A DNA stretch of 64,000 nt from Lama glama (Eukaryota), in contig CM052817.1 in NCBI GenBank assembly GCA_028534125.1, forward strand, positions 86,616,001 to 86,680,000, written 5' to 3'. This document shows, piece by piece, positions 24,570 to 35,430 of this stretch. The notes under the pieces were generated by a model that was not told the DNA's origin, ran no database searches, and saw only the letters and a list, made by a program, of their open reading frames with translations. How positions within the stretch are numbered: position 1 is the stretch's first letter; each line of letters starts with the position of its first letter. Position numbers and translations under genes: made by a program.

Positions 24570-25250
24570 AACGCATATAATTAACATAAGTATTAATATT
24601 TGGTATACATAAAAATTAAATAGATAAAAATAAATAACCCACTGATAGAAATTGATAAGAAGATTGGGAGAATAAAAGAAGCTGTATTTTATGAGCAATC
24701 TTGTTCCATAATTAAAACCATTAGGTCTATAACAATTAAAAATCTGGTAACATGTATTAGTCAGACAGGAAGCAAATGATGATAAACTGCTAACATGTGC
24801 ACAAATCTTTACAACTACCTTGGGAAATAATTTGTTTTTATCTCATAGAACTGAAGAAATACATGTCTTATGACTTAAAAATGTGTGCATGTGCACCAAG
24901 GGACACATATGAAGATGTTCACAGAAGCTTTGTTTTTATTAAACAAGAAACTAGAAAGTGCCCATCAAAAGGAAAATGGATAAATATTCACACAGTTTTC
25001 TATGTTGATATAAAGGAATCAACTGTGGCAGTATATACCGGAAGTTCAGGAACTCAATACTGAGAGAACAAGAAGGTGCAGGAGGTTTACATTAAAATAA
25101 ATGAACAATATGAAAAACTAAGCAATATATTGCTTAGAGATAGAAGTTTGTGGAAAAATATAAGGAAATTCATAGGAATAATAACCACAGTCATGAAAAT
25201 GGTTGTCTCTGGAGTACACCAGGATAAGGCAATGTGGTCAGACACCTCAA
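24570..25250 (+). mobile_element. Ancient L1ME-like ORF2 end/3' UTR
   Basis: gcatgtgcaccaagggacacatatgaagatgttcacagaagctttgttt...tgcccatcaaaaggaaaatggataaat. Confidence 0.7.
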
Positions 25251-25737
25251 TTTTTTAAAGAATGTAATTTAATAAAATGCACCTAATTTATATTATGCTC
25301 ATGAATAGTGAAATATGTTGCTGTCTCAATAGAATATTGTTACATTCAATGTGATTTAGAACAGACTTTCAGAAATACGTGTGCCTGCCTTGTAGATACA
25401 TAAGAAAATAAATTTCATGTTATTAGGCTAAAATATTATATCATTGTTTTAAATATATAAGAAAAATGAAACAAAATTCTACTGCATCAGTATTTGGGGG
25501 TGAGGGGAAGGGAAGTAGCCAAATGACACTTCTAGTGTTTTATTTTAAAGAGTTGACTGCCACACTGAATGTGAGAGAAAAAGAAAAGAAAAAGGAAAGT
25601 TAATTTAGCAATTTTGCCTACACTTTACGGGAATTGTCAAATAAATCATTTATAAGCTTCTTTTCTATACACTTTCTGATTTGAGTTATTTTCGACAGAC
25701 TATGAATGAAAAGTATTATGAGGATGCCTGTGAAAAT

Positions 25738-25751
25738 CCGCCACCTGGTGG
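25738..25751 (-). promoter_or_regulatory. Candidate CTCF-binding site
   Basis: Minus strand reads CCACCAGGTGGCGG, 14/14 match to CCRSYAGRKGGCRS. Confidence 0.6.
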
Positions 25752-27779
25752 AAGTCACCTGGAACTACAAGAACAAATGAATCGCCACACCCCCTACCCC
25801 CACCCCCTCCTTTTCCTCCTCTTTCTTCCTTCCTTCCATATCTCCCCAAAAGGCAAATTGGGAGAAAGTAGGGGAGGGTTTTTGTTTATTTTTTTTACCT
25901 CACACTTATTTTTTTTTGGAAAATTACACAATCTTGTAAGTGAATAATGTGAATAATATAGTACAATTTCTTAAACTAAAAAGTACAATGAATAAAGTGC
26001 TATGAAAATATTATAATGTAGCATGGTGCATTTTGTGAGAAAAATACTCTCTGATAACAGAGGCCAGAAATAAATCTGCTAAGTTTCTATTATCATCAAC
26101 AGACCATAATCTTAAATATAAACAAATGCAACCACCAAAGAATCACAACTGGAGTACAGTTCAACTATCACTTACTTCTCTAACACACAAAAAAGACAGC
26201 ATTTCCTAACAGACTATTGTACATATAATAGTATCTCACATCTCATGATATTTAAGTCTTAGCCTTCATCTTTTGAATAAGTTTTATTTGCACTGAGAAA
26301 AGAACATCCAGACTTACTGAGTTAGCTGTGTTATTTCTCAACTTTTCATAATACTGGATGTTATTTACACACTTTTGTTCATTTATATTGTTTCTCTTAT
26401 TTAGTTGAAAGATGGGGAAAATGTCATATAATGCATTTCTTAAACTAAAAATATGTTTATTCATTGCATAGTGCTATATAGACAGCAAAAAGCGCCGTCT
26501 GTTACAGCCAGTGTTGTCACTTACATGGAGGAAATAGCTGAAGTAACAATGGTTTAATGCCTACAGCAATAAGGCAAACCCTCTTGTGAGATTAACTACA
26601 TAAACTCATATATGAAACAGAAATATTCTATAAATTTCTAAACCCCAAATAAAATTTCACAGCTTATAAAATAGCTTGATATCTTTGTTCTAGAAAAATT
26701 TATTAATCCCAAGTAAAGTTACCTTTACTTAATGATCTATAGTATTCCTAAATTGAGAGAACTGACGTGTTGAGCCAAGAGCAGAGGGAAAGGGGAGACA
26801 GCATTTCACAACAAACACACATGGGAAAAGAAGATCTGTATCTATCTTCCAGAATACCGGGGAGATCCAGTCTCCTTCTTAACTAACTCTATTGATTTGG
26901 ATCGCTGAGCACTTGGGTGAAGAAGGGAATTCTCCTAAAAACTTGGATTTATCTATAAAGGAGAAAAGGTTTAAAGATATTAGCAATTAACTTCTGCAGG
27001 GAATAAAAATACTAATACATGCTAATGCCAAATAGAAAATGACAGGTTAAGATGAAAATGACAGCCATGTCTTCCCATTAATAAATTTGGTTAGGAGAGA
27101 TTGGGATTTATTTTTAATGTAAAAGCCAAAACAAGAGGCCGGGGGTTTAGGCTTCCCAGTCATCAGTTGATGGACTTATCCAACAATAAGGTTAAGATAG
27201 CTACAAAAAATTATAAATAGACAAGATGTCAGAAACAGAACTGCAATGTTTTCTTTGGATGTGAGCAGACCGCTCTATGCACTGCAACTACAGAGAAAAG
27301 TCAGGTGTAGTAAAAAAGACAGCGAGAAAAGTTAGACAACTGGCTATTAGAAGTAGTATCTTTAAGCAAAGAATGACTCTTTGAACAAAAACCTAAGTAT
27401 AGGAGACGAGAAAACATTCCTTTAAGTTTCCCAGCCAGCACTTATGTCACGGGGATGCCATTAACCTATTCAAAGTTGTACAGAAAAAGAGGGAAATTAT
27501 GGGCTATCCAAGTCTAGACAATCAGAATTGTATTCTGTTGCAGCTGTGTGCCGCACGCCTGCGGGTCCACCAACACATGCTCCCTGCAGCCGCTCCTGAT
27601 GACAGGTTAATTTGTTGCTACAGATTTAGGAATTTCTCATTTGAGATCTGAAAACAAAACCCAATATTTCCCACTCTGTTTATGACATTCTCACCATAGT
27701 TCTTAATACACTTCCGGTTTCTACTTGAATAATTTACCTGAATACAAACCTGTACTAACTTCTAAATCCAATTTTCTTC

Positions 27780-28180
27780 AAAATTCTAATGAGCTTTCAG
27801 TCTCTGAGACAGATTTGTGTGAATTTGTATGTGCAAACACGTTTGTTTGCTTTCCGAATGTAGAAATAGGCAAGTGTTTTTCTGTGTTACAACGCCATCA
27901 CCTCTAACATGGAAATTCATGACCTCCTGACTCATTGATCCCAAAGTTCTGCAATTTCCCAAATACAGGAGAACTTCATCCAGGTCATGTTCCTTTGTCT
28001 TTCTTGATAGCTGTGTCACAGATATCATCATCTCCTAGAACTGCTCCACTAAAGATTTTAATTTTAGAGTGCGTGATATTCCCCACTCTCCCACATCTTT
28101 ATACTTAATGTTGTGTCTCTGCTCCTGACTGTAAAGCTCAGATCCTCACCAATGTACCACTTTCAAAGTTCACTAACTTG
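27780..28180 (-). mobile_element. Probable CR1/L3 LINE remnant (end of endonuclease region)
   Basis: Minus ORF ...RTLGSMSQEVMNFHVRGDGVVTQKNTC... resembles the CR1 pattern GTLGxSDHxxxxF...QTxxLDFxKA; highly decayed. Confidence 0.4.
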
Positions 28181-29049
28181 ACATCATAAATTCCCAACAT
28201 GCCAAAAGTGGATTCCTACTAGTCGTATGAACAACACCTGTGAAAATAGTGCAGGATTTTCATGTCTTTGATTTACTGCTATACCTGCTAAGTCAGATTT
28301 GAGAATGGCCCCATGAAGACAGTTGTTTAAACTGTCACACCTTTTTGTGCTTCAGGTATGAACTGTGAGTTGGAGACTACCTAGTAAGGCATCAAACTCT
28401 ACAATGTTCTTTTCCTCAAAATGTCTCACAAATGAAATTAATTTTCACAGAAAAACATCCTCATCAAGCTGACATTTCTTCCTAAGTGAACAAACACATA
28501 AGCTCTGCTCCATCACTATTCCTTGTATATCTCCTTTTTCCCAGAGCAGCCAATCTTGCCCCTTGTATTTCAGGTCATCGTTAGTCAGAAATTTCTTTCC
28601 TACAGGTCCCATTATTTGCAGGATTGCGTTATTACTATTTTATAACCATTGTTAATTATATTGAGTGATACTGTGAGCAATAATCAGAGCAGAGTATATT
28701 TGTTTAATGCCCCTGTTGAAGGAACTCTTCAATTATTTGTAGATCAATTAGCCCTGGGGTCTTTGGAACCTTTCTCCAATTCAATGAAGAAGTTAAGTAA
28801 ACCCCTTCTGGCTCTCTTGCCTTAGTAAGTTTCTTTATTTGAAACCTCTGTCCTCTGAAAGAATCATCGCTACCAACTCTGCTTAATTACAGACGTGAAT
28901 CATACCCTGAAAGTTTTTGTACAGTCTGCACTTTCTTAATCTATGAAATACATTAGATTTTTAAAATGTGCATTATAAAGTATATACCTTCACTTGCAGA
29001 TGTGGTCGTTCAGCTTGGGGTTTTTGTATAATTCTGATGCTCCTAGTGA

Positions 29050-29735
29050 TTTTTCTTCCAGTTTTATTGAGATATAATTAACATACCACACTATACAAGT
29101 TTAAGCACAATGATCTGACTTACATACATCATGAAATGTTATCACAATATTTACTGAACATCCATCATCTCATATAGATACAAAATTAAGAAGTTAAAAT
29201 AAATCATTTTTCCTTGTGACAAGAACTCTTAGGATTCATGCTCTTAACAATTTTCATATATAACACACAGCAGTGTTAATCATCTTTATTATCTTGGACA
29301 TTACATCCCTAGTGTTTATTTATCTTGTAATTGGAAGTCTGTATCTTTTGACTACCTTCATTCAGTCCCCCTTTTCCCCACTCCCTGGTTCTGGGAAGGA
29401 CAAATCTGATCTTTTTTTTGATGAGTTTATCTGTTTGTTTTTGAAGTATGAGTGACCTACAACACGTTAGTTCCTGTTCCATAACATAATGATGTGACAT
29501 TTCTATACATTTCAAAATGATCGATCACCATGGTAAGTCTGGTTACCATCTGCCACCGCACAGAGATATTACAGAGCAACTGACTATATTCCCCACACTG
29601 TACATTTCATACCCATCACTAATTTATTTTGCAACTGGAAGTTTGTACTTCTTAATCTCCTTTGCCTACGTTTTTCCTCCCCGACCCCTTACCTGGCTGG
29701 CAACCACCTGTTTGTTCTCTGCTGTTTCCTTTTAT
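29050..29735 (-). mobile_element. L1 3' end (L1MA9-derived type) with two stacked 3'-UTR-like blocks
   Basis: gttttattgagatataatt start, atccatcatctcatatagatac, aagaactcttaggatt, ggcaaccacctgtttgttctct. Confidence 0.85.
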
Positions 29736-30479
29736 TTTTAGCTTCGTTACTTAGGAGTCACTTGTGGGTAATGATGGGCTATTTATTAGTCAAAAGTTGT
29801 ACCTAACCTTCTTTAACGAGTTAGATCTTTACCCTCTACCATTGGAAGTGTGTTTGGCTTAGGGGCTATTATTACATTTCAAGGAACTGTGTTTGCCCCG
29901 TTTTCAGACAAGGACTGGTAGCTTGTGTTTTTTCCTCTCCTCTCAATCCTGAGAAGACACAGTCTTGGACATTCCTGGAGTCTTCCAGATTGCCAAAGGT
30001 GAGTATGATCTCATTCATAGGAGTTTACAGAAACTGGCTTTACAGGAGCTGCCCTCGGGCCAGCGTAGCTTATCGCTTAGTCGGTGCATGAGCCAGTTTC
30101 TGACACTGTGCTTAAGTCCCCATGCAGGTAAGGCTTCTGCCTCATATTGATGTGTCTATGGGTGGCTTGCTGAATGCTTTCAGGTCTGTCCCATGCCCCA
30201 CTCTGATTGCTTCTGATACCCACTCATCAGTACAGTTCAGCTTAGCACGTGTACACTTACTTTCTTCTTGACCCTTATAGCTGAATGTGTTCTTCTGAGA
30301 TCTCTTCTTGATTCTGTCTTTCCCAAGTCTTCTCTATTAACTTCTGATTCCTCTGCTGTTTGGCTTGAATCATGGAGGTATCTGCTTCCTCTTAATTGCT
30401 CTCCACCAAAATCTCTATTGATTTTGAAACTGTCCTCAGACAGGGAGTTTTTCGTGCTTGGTTCCAAATAAAGTCAGAT

Positions 30480-31530
30480 TCCTCAGGCAGAGCTAGCAAG
30501 GCTTCAATCTTATCACCCAACTTTCTCCCTGTGCAGAATCTTTGCACCACTGCACCAGAGCGGGTGGGTGGGCGGAGCTAATTTTTTCTGGAAAACCCCC
30601 CTCATCGCACAGTTGGGCACTGGGGGAAGGAAGCAGATTATTTTGTCCTTGACTTGGTCGGGACAGCACAGAACCTACACTACACGAGCAAACTGGACGT
30701 GGGACTCTCAAAGACCAGTATTCTTGGTCTGCACTGCCTAGAGTAAGGCTTCTATCCTATAACTGAGGGCTGGGTGAGGACACCCAGTCCTCTGAGAAGT
30801 GCCTGGCTAAATAGAGCTTCTACAACATGGGGCTGGGAGGCATAAGAAATACCAGCAGCTCTCTGCTTGGGTGAAGCCATAACCCCAGGCTAGGAACTGA
30901 AGGTGAGAAGGCACTGTGTTTTTGGCCGCATCTGCCTATGAGTAGAATAACCATGTTAGAGCTTTTATAACACAGACCAAGGAGTGGGAATGATGAGAAT
31001 TGAGTTGTGCTTCAAGTTTCACAGACTTTCACTGTTCTTAACAAAGTAGAAGATTTTTTGAATGGATGAATAAATGTTTAGTACAATTTCCAGGGACTAT
31101 AAATGATTGTTGCCATATTTATGCTTCTCACCAGTTAAACTGTCGTTTTACCAGGCGATGGTCCACTGAGTTCTTTACTCTGCCATTGAGGAAGTCCCCT
31201 CTTAAGGACTCTACTGATATTGTTGAATTATCATCTGATTTCTACTGTTCCTAATGAGAAGTCAGCAGACATCTGAATCATTGCTATTGTCTATATAATC
31301 TGTCATATTTTTCTTGCTGCTTTCAAGATACCCTTCTGTCTTTAATTTTAACCTATTTGACTGCATTTATTTTTGTAATTACTTCTTTTCTGCTTTCAAC
31401 TCCATTTTAGATTAACTAAGCTTCTTGAATTTTTAAACTTATGTCCTTTGTTACATTTGGGAAATTTTATTTCATATTTCTTTAGCCTTTATTTTTGCAC
31501 TTATTCATTCCCCTTTTCTCTAGGGTATCA
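30480..31530 (-). mobile_element. Old L1M 5' UTR and ORF1 fragments
   Basis: L1M 5'-end antisense motif ...tttactctgccattgaggaagt near 31195, then ORF1-type ttcctaatgagaagtcagc...tttcaagata text. Confidence 0.5.
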
Positions 31531-31532
31531 GC

Positions 31533-31980
31533 TACATTAGTTTTCTAAGGCTGCACTTACAAAGTACCACCAACTGGGTGGCTTCCAGCAACAGAATTGT
31601 ATTCTCTCACAACTCTGAACGTTTTTAAGTCCAAAATCAAGGTATCAACAGGGCCATTCTTCCTCTGAGATTCTTGCATCTTCCTAGCTTCTCATCACCA
31701 CTAATCCTTGTTATTTCTTCGCTTTTATCAGTGTCACTCTAAGCTCTGCCTCCGTGGTCACATGGTATTCTCCCTGTGTGCCTGTGCATTTACATGGAAT
31801 TTTATCTTCCTACAAGGGCGCCAGTCATACTGGATTAGATCCCACCCTATTCCAGTAAATTTTTATACTAACTAATTACACTTGCAATGATTCCATTCCC
31901 AAAGAAATTCACATTGAGAGGTACTGGGAGTTAGGAACTCAAAGTATTTTTTTTTTAGATACACGATTGGACCTATGGCA
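31533..31980 (-). mobile_element. MaLR solo LTR, MLT1C-like
   Basis: attagttttctaaggctgc..acaaagtaccaccaactgggtggctt..., gtcactctaagctctgcctccgtggtcacatgg, ccagtcatactggattag. Confidence 0.85.
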
Positions 31981-32445
31981 TTGTTTTTGCACAAAATGCT
32001 ACAAGTAGTACTCACAAGCCCTTCCTTTTCCTGTGTGAGACTTGCCCAACCCACTCACAATGGGACAGATGAAAGGGAAAATTTAAAAACAACTTGTGTC
32101 CAAACACAGCCCTCACTGTAGTCGTTCTTGCCACAGCTCCTATATAAGAACTTCTGGCCTATTCTAAATGTTCAAATAAAAGATAGTAGATGTTGGCAAA
32201 AAAAAAAAAAAAAAAAAAAAAAAAGGCGATGTGGTTTATCCAGAGTCAGCTTAATCATTAACAGAGCTGGGATTCTAATTTAGGAATTTTGAATTTCAAA
32301 GTTTAAATTATTATCCATATTGAATAGGATGAACTCAATGCTCAATGCTTCATCTGTTTGTTTCAGTATCCCAGAATTAAGGAAATGGGATGAAGTAGCA
32401 GGAATGATTTTGACTACAGATCTTGATTAAAAATAATCTCCTTTG

Positions 32446-32593
32446 GAGACACTGCTTTGGGAAAGATCCCCAGTGTTCTCCTTACTTGCTGCAACTAGTA
32501 AACCCTTCCTTCTCTAAAAATAAACAAACAAAGCCCAAATACAAACAACAACAAAAACAAAAAACCAAACAAACTAAAACAAAAAACAAAAAA
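32446..32593 (+). mobile_element. Short ERV-LTR R-region fragment followed by a degenerate poly(A) tail
   Basis: gagacactgctttgggaaagatccccagtgttctccttacttgctgcaa, AGTAAA 32497-32502, A-rich tail 32516-32593. Confidence 0.55.
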
Positions 32594-33654
32594 GTCCTTT
32601 GATTTGAAAGGAGCCAGCATCATAAATCTGCATCATTTTTCCGATTCATGCATGAACCCAGTCATGTGTTGAGTGCATTTACATACACTAAGGTTTAACT
32701 TCATTTTGAAGTTTACATCAGAATTCTAGAAATAAAAGAAACCTAGAGTCAAAGACAGATTAAGTCAGAATGACATCTATTTAAATTAGGAAGCACAGCC
32801 AAGTTTATGGGGAAGTCTGTACTCAAACAAATCTTCTACACACCCATTTCCTTGTTTGCAGTTGTCATTTTCTCTGCAGGAGATCCTGAGCTCCATTTAC
32901 TCCATTTGAGAAGAAGTAGGAGGGATAAGTACCATTAGGTAAAACTGCCCATCTTCCCAGATTTCTAATCTAAAGCCTCATCACTGGGTTCGATGGCTAG
33001 CGTTCACCACCACCTCCCCTTTCTGCGCATAAGTTCCTGAACCTACAATCAAGGGCTGCTCCTTAATTCTTGTTTCCCGCAGTATTCAACAGCTAGAAAA
33101 ACCCATACCATGGGTCTAACTCTATGTTAGACAATGATCCCCAGGAATAGGTCTGGAATCTTTTAACTTCAAGAAGCAGAGGTTTTAGTCGCAAGACCAG
33201 ACCAAGAGGTTTAAAGACTCACAGAGCAATGCAAGAACTGTCAGAAGAGATTTTCCACCTGCCTGCGTTTCTGAAGCCTTGTTCTGCCTTGTTTTATAGT
33301 CTGATGCATGGCTTTTTCTCCGCATGCCATAGTTTAGCCTTCCTTCTCCAGTTTTACACAGTGCCCTTTGGTCTTGACTAATGGCTTGACTGGGCTTTTG
33401 GGAGTGACTTTCCTCTTGACTCTTACACAGTCCCTGTCACAGAAAGCCCTCTTCTAATTGTTGGCTGCAACTTGCCGCTGCGGTAACTGACCTTTTTTGA
33501 AGGCTTTCTAGGGGTCCCTTCTGCTCACCCAGCCAGCGGCTCTGTTACCCTTTGCTTCCCTCCTCTGGCAAAATCTAGCCATTGCAGTTCAGCTCCCAGA
33601 TTCCAAGTTTGTGTTCTTGTGTGTCAGTCTCAGCTCCTGACTCAGTTTATTAAT

Positions 33655-33815
33655 TTATTCACTCATCCATTTATTCAAGAAATATTTATAAATTACCAAT
33701 CAACTGCCAGACACAGACAGGTTATGAGGACCAAAAGTTAAATACCAACCTTATGTTTTTCCTTAGCCCTTACTGATCTTACAGTATGGTGCAGAAGATA
33801 ATCATTGATCCAATA
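33655..33815 (-). mobile_element. L2 3' end
   Basis: ttcactcatccatttattcaagaaatattt...tgccagacac...gatcttacagtatggtg. Confidence 0.65.
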
Positions 33816-34209
33816 ATGACTTATTTATCATTGACATTGCCTGCCCGGATCCCTGTTATCTGAGTTTCCTTAATTGCCAGGATTGCTTCTTTTGGATCTC
33901 ATCATATTAGAACGATCTCTTTTTAATAAGTTATCTTACTTATTCATCTATTTATTCTTCCATCTGCTCGTTCAACATTAATCTATTGTACTACTACGCA
34001 TCAAGGCCCAAAATACCGGTGATAACAGCATGAACGAGAGAGATCTCTAGTGAGAAATCCAGCATAAAATCCAGCAGAAAGATAACTATTAAGATGACTG
34101 ATTGAAATAAATTCATATAGAAGAAATGCAGAGTGCAGGAGAAGATACACTTGGAGTATGTAAGAAGTATTTATTCTCAAATACATACTTCCCATGTAAC
34201 GGGAAAATC

Positions 34210-34355
34210 ATGCCAACTTTTCCTGTGCCCAGACCTGCTCCCTCCCTCTCCCCTCCAGAAGTATTTCTCAAAAGGGAAATATCCTCAGTATTTACCCTAC
34301 ACACTAAACTCCATCTCATCTCAGACTCTGCATCCCAGAGAACGTGACCTGCGGC
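34210..34355 (+). mobile_element. ERVL LTR16/LTR33-like 3' fragment
   Basis: catctcagactctgcatcccagagaacgtgacctgcg resembles the family terminus. Confidence 0.5.
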
Positions 34356-35057
34356 GTGAGCCTTCTCTGACTGGATTTCAGCTCCCCCTTTCCTAATTTT
34401 GCTGGGTGTTTCCATGTTTAATCAGACCGAGCTGAGATGTCACAACCCCACCTGTTGATGTTCTCTAGCCTACAGTTAACTCTCCCCTCAGCACTGGATA
34501 CATTTAGTTACATAAAATTGTTTAGGACCACTTCCTATGTTCTAGAGGTTTCATTATCTTTAGCAGTTACGCAAGATCTAGAATTTTAGTTAAGTTCTTT
34601 AACTTCTGTTATTCTTCTTTCACATAAAAATATGTGAATGTGTTTGGGCGGAAATGCAAGGAAGAGTGGGGAGGAAAGGCTTTATAAGGTATTATTAGAA
34701 GGATATACTCAGGATAAAAATTTCATAAATACTATCATCTGTATGATTTCTAAACTTTTCTATTTGATCCATTGGTTTAAATAATCATGACAATGCAGCT
34801 CTGATTGACAGTGACATGTGAAACTGACTCATAAAAACGTTATTTACATGGAAATGACTCCTGAGCAAGTACTCTAATAATTTTGATTCACATTTATGTT
34901 TCTAATTAAATTATTTGTATTCACGATTGCAAACTCTTGTCATAGCGATTTCCTAGTGTTACATACACCTCTACTAGGTTTTTGTAATGATAGTTATACT
35001 TTTTCTAATATCTATTGAACTTTTTTATCCTCCCCTGTGAGAGGGAGAGTGTATGTT

Positions 35058-35082
35058 TGTGTGTGTGTGTGTGTGCGCGCGC
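35058..35082. repeat. (TG)n(CG)n alternating purine-pyrimidine tract
   Basis: Direct observation. Confidence 0.9.
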
Positions 35083-35258
35083 CTACCACAGGGATAATTT
35101 TTCAGATCTTATCTAAATATAGATAAGTCAAAGAAATTAACTTTTTATATTTAATTTACATTTTTATTAATATAGAAAAAAATTAAAAATAATAAACTAT
35201 GCATCTATGTACCTACCACACCTAACTTGTTATTAACATTTTACTAATTTTTGCTACT

Positions 35259-35392
35259 CATGCAGTCGTCACTTTGCACAGTCAGATGGCAACAGAAATT
35301 TTACCTCAGTTACCACTAAAGCTTGCAAATCATGGACCCCATTCTGATCTGTGTGTCTCAGTTAATGTGGCACTGTGCAAAACAAGGACTGC

Positions 35393-35395
<3 letters not shown>
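35259..35395. mobile_element. TcMar-Tigger MITE (MER47-like) within an old L1 3' fragment
   Basis: Imperfect terminal inverted repeats of about 24 bp: catgcagtcgtcactttgcacagt / actgtgcaaaacaaggactgcctc. Confidence 0.65.

Positions 35396-35428
<33 letters not shown>
35396..35428. repeat. (TG)n microsatellite
   Basis: Direct observation. Confidence 0.97.

Positions 35429-35430
<2 letters not shown>

Noticed and set aside
32870..33640. GC-richer stretch that might be an old LTR or contain an exon (acceptor near 32879)
   Set aside because: Weak donor, no diagnostic LTR termini, no recognisable peptide.
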